DNA of 64,000 nucleotides. It comes from Euryarchaeota archaeon UBA487. Lineage in GTDB: Archaea; Thermoplasmatota; Poseidoniia; Poseidoniales; Thalassarchaeaceae. How positions within the stretch are numbered: position 1 is the first letter of the stretch; every line of letters begins with the position of its first letter. Location: assembly GCA_002505695.1 (NCBI GenBank), contig DAVU01000013.1, positions 27,300 to 91,299 of the forward strand, written 5' to 3'. The notes under the pieces are model-generated. The model searched no databases and was not told where the DNA came from. It saw only the letters and a program-made list of their open reading frames with translations. A program made the translations under genes and the position numbers. Below, in pieces: positions 54,610-63,916 of this stretch.

Positions 54610-57600
54610 TTATTCGTCAGACATGAAGACTCTAATCAGCACGCCCATTCCGGCTATTGCGACAAATGCAGTTGACAGGATGGCAATGATTTGCATGTTT
54701 CCGTTAAACCAACTATTCCCAGAAACTGAATTATCCTGTTCTATGGCAAGCTGGTGTGATTGCTCACTCAGAGGGGTCATTGATTGGTATATGTCAAAGG
54801 ATCTGATTTGTATATCTATCAGCCCGGGCCCGAGACTCGATCTTGCTTCGAAGATTATGGTGTATATTCCGTCTCCGGCATTCCTATCACCATTCTCTCC
54901 ATCGTCATTAAGTGACAGCCATTTTTCTGAAGACCCAATAGGGGCGAGTCTGCCTATTTTTGCCTGTACTACTGAAACGCCGTCTGGATCGTCAACACCT
55001 ACCTCAATAATATGTGCCGCAGGGCTTTCATTTGCGGACAATATGATTGATTCCGTCATGATGAAGTTAGTCGATTTCTCATCATATTTGGAGAGTGATA
55101 TCGGAGTCATTGAAGGAGGTTCATTCAAGATAACGAAGGATAGTTCGCCATTTGGAGATTCTTTGTGGATTGTTCTAGCACCGAAATTATCAACCAAAAT
55201 TACATTGAACGTTATTTCTCCTGGCCTAACCCCATAAGGCATCATGGTGGTCGCAGTCCAAGATCCGCCCTCCGGCTGCAAGTTTACTTTCTCCCCCCCA
55301 TAATTCCGAAGGTCGACGAAAATCTCGGAGATACCGTGTTGGTCGAAGGCAGATACTCCAATCGAGAATTGGTCCCCCCTAAACAGTCGATTTGCGCTTC
55401 TTTGTAGATCCGAAACCCTCGGACCTGGGTTTGTTAATTCCAGTGAGGATTGCTCAGTTATCGTAACCCATATGTCACTGACGTAAATGGTCACATTGAA
55501 ATCACCAAAAAACGGGCCATCTGAATTGACCTTCGTCGTCCAAATATCGTCGTGGATTACCTGATCTCCACTCAGTCCGGAGTCGGACAACTCAACCAAG
55601 CCGAGTCCTGCTTCAGTTAGATCGAGAATTACATTAGATACATCGGTGTTTGGGTCCTCCACCAAGATTTCGATGTGTGCTTCACCTCCCTCAGACTCCC
55701 ATATAGCCTCCCTGTAAGAGACTTGAACTACTTGTGGGGGAGTGTTCTCGGCAGCAGTTATGATGGATGGCCTTAGGACTCTGTCAACAATTTGAGACTC
55801 AGTGAAAATTGCAGTAGAATTCGAGTCCTCCTCAATCTGTATTTCTCGGGTGCAATTAATTATCAATCCTGCGAGTACCCCCTCGTTCACTGTGCTACCA
55901 GAGGATTGCCCGACTCCAGGATAATGACCAATCCATTCCGCTGAATTTACAGAGTGCCCATCAATTTGGTTAATTGAAGACGTGTTAGTAACTGTTATGC
56001 TCATTGAGACCCTTCCATTGTTAACGAGATCTATTTCATCACCTACTACCAGAATATCAGGAACAAACCCAGATTCTCTGCTGACATTGGAAGAAAGAAC
56101 AGGAACAGACTCAGGAGGAATCGGATCGAGAATGACTGGGCTGTCTCTTGGGAACTCATTGTTGATCGAGCCATCGTCTTCAACGAATCTATACCTGATT
56201 ATCGGAGATTCCCAATCAATATTCGGTGTCATATATTCAAACGTCAAATTGTGATCTGAGTACAGTGACTGGCCAGGTATGGTAACTTGTGATCCAGATA
56301 CATTGAACCAGTACTCATTCCTGATTACCAGGACATCATGCTCCACGCCCTCTGAGTTCAGTTGTTTGCCACTATCGCTGATCATCCTGACTGAGCCGAA
56401 TGATCCTGATACAGTTCCAGTGTATATGCCATCCAAAAGTAATGTGTCTTCAACTAATACGCCGTTAATTTGTTCGGTGTGTAGATTGTCTATTGTGCCA
56501 TTGACCTCTATCTCAACGCCATTTTCATCTTCGATCAGAACATCAAACCTACCATCTCCTCGGAATCTGAGATGCTGTTGAGTCCGAGAGGAGTTCTCCC
56601 ATGTTTCCCTGAAGATGAACTCATCAAGTTCAAAGTCAATATTGTCTGATCCGAATTCAATCAACGCAGAGGCCATGGCCTCTATCCAGAGGTCTTGCTT
56701 CACCCTTTGGCCAGCGATGTCCATGACCTCAAATCGTAATAGTGAAACTTCACCATCTAAATCCAATCTTCCATCTTCATCTGAATTCAAGCTAATTGAT
56801 CCATTGGCCTCTAGAATTAGATGCTCCGATACGACTCCATTTTCAAGTGAACGAGTGTATGAGGCGTCACTCACAGTTCCATTTACGCTTATTCCATTCA
56901 ATCCGTCATCTAGAGTCACGAATATAATTCCAGAGCCTCTGAGTTGGAAGTCCTGTCTCAATAGTTCGCTTTCACTCCAAGATTCATTAATCCATGCGTT
57001 GGTGATTTCAAGTCCTAGTTCGATGGATCTTCCATCATTTTCGAAGAGGAGCTCTATTGTTCCATTACCCAGTTCATTCGCATTGAGGATTGATTGCTGG
57101 CGTTGCTGCCATCCCCTTGCATTCACCTCCAGATAGGCCGCCTCATCGTTGGATTGGAGGGACCAAGAAGTCTCCCTGGTTATCTCGTGGTCTAATGTTG
57201 GTTGATTCCAGACGCTTACGTCGAAAGATCTGTTGCAACTGGCTTCGGAGGATTGAACATCGATAACTATTGTATCCCCGAACTTTGGGGCATTTGACAT
57301 TTGTATGTCTATGGCTCCCCCTGCTACTAGGACGGTATGTGTCCCTATTTGTTGCGAGTTCCCATCAATGTGAGTGGCTGATACATCAACGTTCGTTGGA
57401 TCCACTGATATGGGAAGAGGGGGTTGAAAGTTAACTCTGTATGAATGGCCTACTATCACTTGATCTTCTTCATCCAACGAAGCGTTCCAATCTGCCGTTA
57501 TTTCGCAGGCCCTATGTTCATCAAACTCATTGATTTGTCCGTAAGCGGACATCGAAGACAATGAGATCGAAAACGTCAGGAGCGCCAGAAAAAGAGCAAG

Positions 57601-57618
57601 GAAGGACTTGTTCTTCAT
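54610..57618 (-). CDS. Large (1002 aa) secreted, C-terminally membrane-anchored surface protein
   Basis: N-terminal signal peptide 'MKNKSFLALFLALLTFSISLSSMSAYG'. Acidic, Ser/Thr/Asn/Asp-rich beta-type body. C-terminal TM 'IIAILSTAFVAIAGMGVLIRVF'. Confidence 0.6.
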   Translation of the reverse strand: MKNKSFLALFLALLTFSISLSSMSAYGQINEFDEHRACEITADWNASLDEEDQVIVGHSYRVNFQPPLPISVDPTNVDVSATHIDGNSQQIGTHTVLVAGGAIDIQMSNAPKFGDTIVIDVQSSEASCNRSFDVSVWNQPTLDHEITRETSWSLQSNDEAAYLEVNARGWQQRQQSILNANELGNGTIELLFENDGRSIELGLEITNAWINESWSESELLRQDFQLRGSGIIFVTLDDGLNGISVNGTVSDASYTRSLENGVVSEHLILEANGSISLNSDEDGRLDLDGEVSLLRFEVMDIAGQRVKQDLWIEAMASALIEFGSDNIDFELDEFIFRETWENSSRTQQHLRFRGDGRFDVLIEDENGVEIEVNGTIDNLHTEQINGVLVEDTLLLDGIYTGTVSGSFGSVRMISDSGKQLNSEGVEHDVLVIRNEYWFNVSGSQVTIPGQSLYSDHNLTFEYMTPNIDWESPIIRYRFVEDDGSINNEFPRDSPVILDPIPPESVPVLSSNVSRESGFVPDILVVGDEIDLVNNGRVSMSITVTNTSSINQIDGHSVNSAEWIGHYPGVGQSSGSTVNEGVLAGLIINCTREIQIEEDSNSTAIFTESQIVDRVLRPSIITAAENTPPQVVQVSYREAIWESEGGEAHIEILVEDPNTDVSNVILDLTEAGLGLVELSDSGLSGDQVIHDDIWTTKVNSDGPFFGDFNVTIYVSDIWVTITEQSSLELTNPGPRVSDLQRSANRLFRGDQFSIGVSAFDQHGISEIFVDLRNYGGEKVNLQPEGGSWTATTMMPYGVRPGEITFNVILVDNFGARTIHKESPNGELSFVILNEPPSMTPISLSKYDEKSTNFIMTESIILSANESPAAHIIEVGVDDPDGVSVVQAKIGRLAPIGSSEKWLSLNDDGENGDRNAGDGIYTIIFEARSSLGPGLIDIQIRSFDIYQSMTPLSEQSHQLAIEQDNSVSGNSWFNGNMQIIAILSTAFVAIAGMGVLIRVFMSDE

Positions 57619-57665
57619 GTGGCTTTGGAGAACCAGTGGGTATAACAGGGTGTGGGCTAAATGTC

Positions 57666-58070
57666 TCAGAAGAGTGGTTCGTCCCAGTCATCCTCTTCGC
57701 CGGCCTTCTCACGCCATACTGTTTGGGGGACGTCTTCATATAATCCAGCATATGGGTCCTCTTCCTCCTCGTTTTCATCTCCTCTTCCGACATATTGGCT
57801 GGCGTTTGGCTTGAATTTCCAATAGTGGATTCTCCATTCCCTGCCATCCCATAGTGTGGTCTCTTCAGACTCTGTGGTTAGTAAATCATAATCTTGTAGT
57901 TGATAGAAAAGGTTCCTGTCATTGGGTTCCAAGGCATTGTCTATGATCCGGTTTGAAAAACCGAAAAAGCCCAAGGCATGCTCGGCAATGGATTCTGCAA
58001 CACTGACCTCCATGTCAGCGTCAACCCTATTTCGAATGGCCTGTGTCAAATCTTGGAGCTTTAGACCCAT
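57666..58070 (-). CDS. Hypothetical small acidic protein
   Basis: 134-codon ORF with a strongly acidic C-terminus. No family recognised. Confidence 0.4.
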   Translation of the reverse strand: MGLKLQDLTQAIRNRVDADMEVSVAESIAEHALGFFGFSNRIIDNALEPNDRNLFYQLQDYDLLTTESEETTLWDGREWRIHYWKFKPNASQYVGRGDENEEEEDPYAGLYEDVPQTVWREKAGEEDDWDEPLF

Positions 58071-58161
58071 TCACACATCGCCCCGCACCCCACCGACAGG
58101 GGGGTGATTATTTCAAATTGGTTCGCGCAAGCGTCGAATAGTTCCTCCCCTACGGGCTCGT

Positions 58162-59070
58162 ATGGTCGACACTGATGTATTCGGATTCTTGGGGCTTAGA
58201 GAAGACTGGGATGTGCGCCCAGATGTGGCGATTATGCAGATTCCGCTTGAAATGACGGTCAGTTATGGCACCGGTACTTCTGAGGGGCCTTCCTCCACAA
58301 TCGAGGCTTCTTCACAAGTAGAAACATATTCGACATTCATTGGAGGGGATCTGCCATCTGGAATGGTAATTAGGACCCTGGATCCATGGAGCTACGAAGG
58401 ACCGTCCTTGGAAGCTCATCTGGATTCGATAGAATCATATGTGATCAATGGGATTTCAGGGGGAGCTTTTCCTCTGCTCTTGGGTGGTGAACATGGGATT
58501 CTATTACCGGCAATCAGAGCACTGAAGCAAATTGGGAATTTCCCCATAGAAAATCTCACCTTAGTGCAAGTCGATGCTCATGCAGATCTGAGAGACGAAT
58601 TGAATGGTGAGAGGTTCAGTCACGGAACAGTGGTCAGGAGATGTCTTGACGAGGGAATAGGAAGAGTGTTGCAAATTGGTGTTCGGGCTTTCTCAAAGGA
58701 GGAATGTATCGTGATGGAAAATGATGATAGGATCCGATCTTGGATGGCAAAGGATATCCGAAAGAATAGAGCATTAGAATTGGAAATAACCGATTTTATC
58801 TCTGAGATTCAAGGTCCTGTCTGGCTGAGTATCGACATAGATGCTCTTGACCCCAGCATTGTGCCTGCAACTGGAACACCTGTTCCTGGTGGCCTAGATT
58901 ACTGGTTTGTTAATGATTTAATCGAAAATCTATTTTCTGGAAACGCAAATGTAGTAGGGGCAGATGTCTCAGAAATAGCTCCTGACGATCATGGTGTGAC
59001 CCAATTCACGGCTGCGTCCATCGCCGCATCAATCTTGGCCGGTGTTTGCTATCGGAATGGAGGTGAATAA
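58162..59070 (+). CDS. speB: Agmatinase/arginase-family ureohydrolase
   Basis: 'GGEHGI', 'VQVDAHADLRD', 'SIDIDALDPS..P.TGTP.PGGL', 'VGADVSE..P'. Confidence 0.8.
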   Translation: MVDTDVFGFLGLREDWDVRPDVAIMQIPLEMTVSYGTGTSEGPSSTIEASSQVETYSTFIGGDLPSGMVIRTLDPWSYEGPSLEAHLDSIESYVINGISGGAFPLLLGGEHGILLPAIRALKQIGNFPIENLTLVQVDAHADLRDELNGERFSHGTVVRRCLDEGIGRVLQIGVRAFSKEECIVMENDDRIRSWMAKDIRKNRALELEITDFISEIQGPVWLSIDIDALDPSIVPATGTPVPGGLDYWFVNDLIENLFSGNANVVGADVSEIAPDDHGVTQFTAASIAASILAGVCYRNGGE

Positions 59071-59073
59071 TTC

Positions 59074-59478
59074 TTGTTTAAAATCAATATTGAGGTTCCC
59101 AATAGCGAGGTATTCCTCGCCCTGAGGAAGAAAGCAGGAATGGGTCCAAGGTCTATCGAAGGTGCCGAAAAAGGGTTAGGTAGGGAGTTGTTTTCAGTAC
59201 TATTGGAACATGTTCCGACTGGTGAGATCGTTGGAATGGGCCGCATTGTGGGAGATGGAGGGACGGTCTTCCACGTGTGTGACATGGCGGTTTTGCCCGA
59301 GTACCAGAGGATGGGCGGTGGAAGTCTGATAATGGCTGAAATTATGAATTTCATAGATCGAGAGGCCCCGTCTGATTCTTATGTGAATCTGATGGCGGAT
59401 GTCGATGGATTTTATGAAAAATGGGGCTTTGAGAGAACCTCTCCGAGATCCAAAGGGATGGCATTCAAAGTCAAGTGA
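59074..59478 (+). CDS. GNAT family N-acetyltransferase
   Basis: 'VLPEYQRMGGGSLIM' (Q/RxxGxG/A acetyl-CoA motif) and 'FYEKWGF'. TTG start. Confidence 0.65.
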   Translation: MFKINIEVPNSEVFLALRKKAGMGPRSIEGAEKGLGRELFSVLLEHVPTGEIVGMGRIVGDGGTVFHVCDMAVLPEYQRMGGGSLIMAEIMNFIDREAPSDSYVNLMADVDGFYEKWGFERTSPRSKGMAFKVK

Positions 59479-59488
59479 TTTTTATTTT
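59479..59488 (+). terminator. Oligo-T (TTTTTATTTT) directly after the GNAT stop
   Basis: Read directly. A typical archaeal termination signal. Confidence 0.4.
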
Positions 59489-59518
59489 ATGTAGTCAATA
59501 AATTTTTATTGACTACAT
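59489..59518. promoter_or_regulatory. Perfect 14+14 bp inverted repeat with AT core (candidate TATA box/operator of the cop operon)
   Basis: ATGTAGTCAATAAA-TT-TTTATTGACTACAT. The centre (59503/59504) is about 28 nt upstream of ATG 59532. Confidence 0.55.
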
Positions 59519-59531
59519 TACAGCCTCATAC

Positions 59532-59711
59532 ATGCCCAGAGTCCACGCAGAGACTTGCGATTGTGATTGCAAGATGAAGAGATTGTACGTACGAGCAGAT
59601 GGCGGCAAGGGTTGGAAGAGTGTTGGTTGGATATGCTTGTGTGGGTGTGGTTGCATAAATTTGGACCAAGGGTCTTGGAAATTAATGGAATGTTATAGCA
59701 AGGGGAGGTGA
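59532..59711 (+). CDS. Small Cys-rich protein (59 aa), candidate metal-binding leader gene of the cop operon
   Basis: My own translation: MPRVHAETCDCDCKMKRLYVRADGGKGWKSVGWICLCGCGCINLDQGSWKLMECYSKGR, with 8 Cys. The TGA stop overlaps the copA GTG (GTGA at 59708-59711). The promoter spacing fits a leaderless start. Confidence 0.5.
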   Translation: MPRVHAETCDCDCKMKRLYVRADGGKGWKSVGWICLCGCGCINLDQGSWKLMECYSKGR

Positions 59712-62023
59712 TTGAGTTGAGCTCGAATGATCTGTCGCTGAGTGTGACCGGGATGACGTGTGCTGCATGTGTTTCCTCTGTGGAGCGTGTTTTGAGCAGC
59801 ATTGACTTTGTGGAATCCGTTAGCGTGAATCTGCCCTTGGAAAAGGCTGTCATTTCAATCAAAGGAGAGGTGTCTTCGGAGACGGTCGAAAATTGCATTA
59901 AAGTGGTCGAGAAGGCCGGTTTTGGAGCCGTCGAGATACTTCCAGCATCCAGAGTCAGGGAAAACAATGAGCTCGAGTTGAAAAGAAAATATCACCAAGT
60001 AGTTCTCTCATTTACACTGACCTTGCCCGTGTTTTTTTTGTCAATGGTCGCCCCAGACATGGGTAGAGTTGGATCACTGGACTTACGGCTGTTCTTGGCT
60101 ATGTTGGCATCCTTGCCGGTTTACTTTGTCTCGGGGGCTACCTTCCACAAAAACGCATGGAAATCGATTTTGAGGGCGTCTGGAAACATGGACGTCCTAA
60201 TTCACCTTGGGACTTCAGTCGCAATGCTTTGGTCTTGTTCTGTGGTTTTGGGGCCTCTAACACCCATAATTCCTGATTTCATACGCTCAGCAGATCATGT
60301 ATTCTTTGATGGTGCTGCCTTCATCATCTCTTTCGTACTTCTAGGAAATTTCCTCGAGGGTCGTGCGAAGCTCAAGGCTACGGACGCAGTTCATAACCTA
60401 ATGAGATTACAACCGACTGAAGTACAGGTCGTCATTGGGGACGAACTGGCACCAATGTCTATTGAAAACGTTGAGAAAGGGTCATTGGTGAAGGTTATCG
60501 CAGGCGGGATAATACCCTTGGATGGATTTATTCAACAAGGGTTTGGAAGTATTGATGAGTCCATGATGACAGGCGAATCACTTCCAAGTCACAAGAAAGC
60601 TGGAGACGTGGTCTTTGCCGGTACGACTGTTCTAGACACAACAATTGTTGTTCAGACTACTTCTTTGGTGGGCGATACCGCGTTGTCGAATATTATTCGT
60701 TTGGTTGACGAGGCCCAGATGGGGAAGGCACCGATTCAAAGGCTCGTTGATAGGGTTGCTAGGATTTTTGTCCCTACAGTATTGGCATTATCTCTCTCGG
60801 CGTTCCTGTTTTGGCTGATCATTGGAGATTCGTTTTTGAGAGACGTTGGAGGTGACATGACCTCGAGTGAGATGGCTGTGATGGCCCTTGTTAGTACGTT
60901 GGTCATTGCATGTCCCTGTGCATTGGGGCTAGCCACTCCAACGGCACTAGTCGTTGGCACGGGGGTTGGAGCGCGAAATGGCCTCTTAATCAAGGGAATA
61001 AAAGCATTAGAGTCGTCCTACAAAAGTGAGATCGTGGTGTTGGACAAAACAGGGACCATCACAGAGGGGAAGCCTCGCGTGATCGAAGTTCGTGAACTTA
61101 GTGGGAATCCTGGGGAGGCCCTGCGCGTGGCTGCTGCTCTGGAGAGTGAGTCTAGTCACCCACTTGCCAGTGCTGTAAATGATGCTTGGAAGTCAATGGG
61201 TCTTGAGGCTCCAAAAGCTATTGACGTGAAGACGTTGGTTGGTTCAGGATTGACTGGCGAAATAGAGGGCCTTGAGGTTGCGGTAGGGAATCTTGACCTG
61301 ATTCGGAGCATGACTACGAGCATTCCTCCTGAAGTGGAGGCAGAGATTTCGGAGAAGAGCGCCTCTGGTTCGAACGTGATTCTTGTTTCTAGGGATAGAA
61401 ATTTGATTGGATGGATAGAAATCCGTGATACAATTCGAAATAACTCGCCATCAGCAATAGCAAGAATGCAGGCCATGGGCGTCGATGTGATCATGTTGAC
61501 GGGAGATAGGCACGAAGTGGCTCATTTCGTTGCCTCAGAAGTCGGAATAAGGAGAGTCATATCAGGTGTCAAGCCCGAGGAGAAGGCTGAGGCTGTACGC
61601 CGACTTCAACTCGAGGGTGTGGTGACAATGATCGGTGATGGAATCAACGATGCTGCTGCATTGACTGTCGCAGACGTAGGTATCGCCATGGGGGCTGGGA
61701 GTGAGGTCGCTCTGGATTGTGCAGATATCGTATTAGTTGGTGATGATTTATCCCATGTTTTGTCTGTTATACAATTAAGTCGGGCCACTATGAATAAAAT
61801 AAGAAGTAATCTTGTTTGGGCATTTCTCTACAACATTCTGGGCATTCCGATGGCAATGGGGGTTGTTTATCCATGGACAGGTTGGCTCCTTCCCCCTGCC
61901 TTTGCGGCTGCAGCGATGGCCTTGTCATCCGTTAGCGTAGTGCTAAATTCCCTTCTCTTGACCAGATGGAGGCCCGTGGACTTAGACTCGAGCAACATTA
62001 GAAAAGCGAATACCCCTCTCTAA
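59708..62023 (+). CDS. copA: Copper-translocating P1B-type ATPase
   Basis: HMA domain 'GMTCAACVSSVE', 'CPC' in TM6, 'DKTGTIT', 'GDGINDAAAL', TGES ('MMTGESLP'). The start is GTG 59708 or TTG 59717. Confidence 0.9.
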   Translation: MIELSSNDLSLSVTGMTCAACVSSVERVLSSIDFVESVSVNLPLEKAVISIKGEVSSETVENCIKVVEKAGFGAVEILPASRVRENNELELKRKYHQVVLSFTLTLPVFFLSMVAPDMGRVGSLDLRLFLAMLASLPVYFVSGATFHKNAWKSILRASGNMDVLIHLGTSVAMLWSCSVVLGPLTPIIPDFIRSADHVFFDGAAFIISFVLLGNFLEGRAKLKATDAVHNLMRLQPTEVQVVIGDELAPMSIENVEKGSLVKVIAGGIIPLDGFIQQGFGSIDESMMTGESLPSHKKAGDVVFAGTTVLDTTIVVQTTSLVGDTALSNIIRLVDEAQMGKAPIQRLVDRVARIFVPTVLALSLSAFLFWLIIGDSFLRDVGGDMTSSEMAVMALVSTLVIACPCALGLATPTALVVGTGVGARNGLLIKGIKALESSYKSEIVVLDKTGTITEGKPRVIEVRELSGNPGEALRVAAALESESSHPLASAVNDAWKSMGLEAPKAIDVKTLVGSGLTGEIEGLEVAVGNLDLIRSMTTSIPPEVEAEISEKSASGSNVILVSRDRNLIGWIEIRDTIRNNSPSAIARMQAMGVDVIMLTGDRHEVAHFVASEVGIRRVISGVKPEEKAEAVRRLQLEGVVTMIGDGINDAAALTVADVGIAMGAGSEVALDCADIVLVGDDLSHVLSVIQLSRATMNKIRSNLVWAFLYNILGIPMAMGVVYPWTGWLLPPAFAAAAMALSSVSVVLNSLLLTRWRPVDLDSSNIRKANTPL

Positions 62024-62027
62024 AATT

Positions 62028-62234
62028 ATGACAACAGAGCATGTGATCGAGGTTGTTGGGATGACCTGTGGCGGTTGCTCTGCAAGGCTTGAAAGGGTAT
62101 TTATGGGGAAATCAGGCATTATCTCTGCTGAAGTGGATCATGAATATGGTCGAGCAATAATTCATGCAGATGACTCAGTGACTATGCGTGATATTATGGA
62201 AATTGTGCAATCCACAGGGTTTGACCTCAAGTGA
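62028..62234 (+). CDS. copZ: Copper chaperone (HMA domain)
   Basis: 'VVGMTCGGCSARLE'. 68 aa, 4 nt after copA. Confidence 0.8.
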   Translation: MTTEHVIEVVGMTCGGCSARLERVFMGKSGIISAEVDHEYGRAIIHADDSVTMRDIMEIVQSTGFDLK

Positions 62235-62306
62235 CAGAATGAATCGCCCAGCCAGCATCGGGAAAAGGAACCATCGATTGAAAAAGAGTCCTGACCTACA
62301 AGAGTC

Positions 62307-63836
62307 ATGAGCGTCAACTGCGGAGACTATGGTGAGATAGGAGATCAGCTACTAATTACTCTTTTTGAAAATCAAAATAGGCTCCCAAACAAAGCCACCG
62401 TTGGCCTAAATAGAAGTCAATCAAAGCTAATCAGAGAAGCCATATCCTCGGATAGTTTTGATCAGAAAAAGGGGTCTAGTCTAAACATCTGGACTCCAGA
62501 GTGCAGGATCCATCTTCTCAGGTTGGGTCCGAAAGAAGAATTCGATCCTAATTCAGCTAGGACGCTCGGGGCCAGATTTATGTCCTCGATAAGCAAGAAA
62601 AATGGTGTCTCTATGACCATCAGGATGTTGACTGGGTGGAGTGTCGACACAATATCTGCATTTGCTGAGGGGATGTTCTTGAGGGATTATGATTTTGTGG
62701 AGCATCAAGATGTGGGGCCGGATTACATACCAGACGACTGGAGATTCGAATTCCAAGTTGCAAATAGACACATTCAAGATGTCTCTGAGAAATTGAAACT
62801 GTCTCAGGCGATCGTTAGTGGAGTGCATCTCTCCAGAGATTTGGGCAATGAGCCAGCGAATGTCCTTTACCCCATGGAATACGCAAACAGAGCCTTGTCC
62901 TGGGCCGAGTCGAAGCCCAATGTCAAGGTCGAGGTTTACGATTGGGATAAACTCGTAGAATTAGGGATGGGTGGACTCATAAACGTAGGCAAAGGAAGCG
63001 ACAGGAAACCCTGCATGGTCATTTTCACATTGAATCCGGACCAGGACAAGGGTGTTAGGAGACCTTGTGTAGTTGGGAAGGGCATCACTTTTGATACAGG
63101 CGGGATCTCCATCAAACCAACCCAAGGCATGTGGGACATGAAGTATGACATGTGTGGTGCAGCCACCGTTTTCGGGCTTATGCAGGCTCTTCATGCCTCT
63201 GGGTACAATGGTAGAGTCAATGGAATCGCGTGTTTGGCTGAAAACATGCCCGGATCGGGGTCTTATCGTCCTGGTGATGTTTTCAAGACGTACTCTGGTA
63301 AAACCGTCGAGGTCTACAGTACAGACGCAGAGGGAAGAAATGTTCTAGCTGATGGTTTGTGGAAAGCAGGCGAATTTGACCCGGAATACATAGTTGACTT
63401 AGCCACACTCACTGGCGCTATTGTTGTCGCGCTAGGGAATCAAATTACGGGAATGTGGAGTAATGACGAACTTCTTGCAGGGAGGTTAGAAAGAACAGCA
63501 GAGGCATGTGGAGAACCGATGTGGAGGATGCCACTCAATGACCAGTTCCGGAGATATATGACGGATACACCATTTGCCGACATAAGGAATGGTTCGAGCG
63601 GTGGAAGGGCAGGTTCCTCAAATGGAGCAGCTGCATTCCTCGAGTTCTTCGTTCCAACGAGAAACTACGAAGAAGGTGCCGAGAAATTACCATGGGTTCA
63701 CCTGGACATCGCTGGGACTGCATGGGGCCCAGGCTCCAAGGCTGGGACAGAACGTGAAAACCCCTTCTTCAAACACGGGACCTCGGGAGTCCATGTTAGA
63801 ACCCTGTATCATCTTATCACTCAAAACCATGAATGA
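62307..63836 (+). CDS. pepA: Leucyl aminopeptidase (M17)
   Basis: 'VGKGITFDTGGISIKP', 'MKYDMCGAA', 'NTDAEGR' equivalent 'STDAEGRNVLAD', 'DLATLTGA'. Confidence 0.9.
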   Translation: MSVNCGDYGEIGDQLLITLFENQNRLPNKATVGLNRSQSKLIREAISSDSFDQKKGSSLNIWTPECRIHLLRLGPKEEFDPNSARTLGARFMSSISKKNGVSMTIRMLTGWSVDTISAFAEGMFLRDYDFVEHQDVGPDYIPDDWRFEFQVANRHIQDVSEKLKLSQAIVSGVHLSRDLGNEPANVLYPMEYANRALSWAESKPNVKVEVYDWDKLVELGMGGLINVGKGSDRKPCMVIFTLNPDQDKGVRRPCVVGKGITFDTGGISIKPTQGMWDMKYDMCGAATVFGLMQALHASGYNGRVNGIACLAENMPGSGSYRPGDVFKTYSGKTVEVYSTDAEGRNVLADGLWKAGEFDPEYIVDLATLTGAIVVALGNQITGMWSNDELLAGRLERTAEACGEPMWRMPLNDQFRRYMTDTPFADIRNGSSGGRAGSSNGAAAFLEFFVPTRNYEEGAEKLPWVHLDIAGTAWGPGSKAGTERENPFFKHGTSGVHVRTLYHLITQNHE

Positions 63837-63916
63837 TCGGGATGCATAGGTGCCGTTGATCCGATTTGGCAGATTTTTGGGATTGCTCTATACGCTCAAA
63901 GCCTCATCGAAAGTAC

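Noticed and set aside
54623-57136. Several 80-204-aa plus-strand ORFs (54623-55237, 55982-56254, 56279-56581, 56615-57136)
   Set aside because: All are antisense to the single uninterrupted 1002-codon surface-protein ORF. They are Ser/Pro/Ile-rich shadow frames.
58086-58112. Short hairpin CACCCC-N9-GGGGTG in the divergent spacer before speB
   Set aside because: It has only a 6-bp stem in a 91-bp promoter region, which is too short to distinguish from chance without comparative data.
59518-59967. 149-aa minus-strand ORF spanning the copA start region
   Set aside because: It is antisense to the well-supported copA HMA domain and to the Cys-rich small ORF. Its composition is Ser/Thr/Leu-rich and no family is recognised, so it is most likely a shadow ORF.
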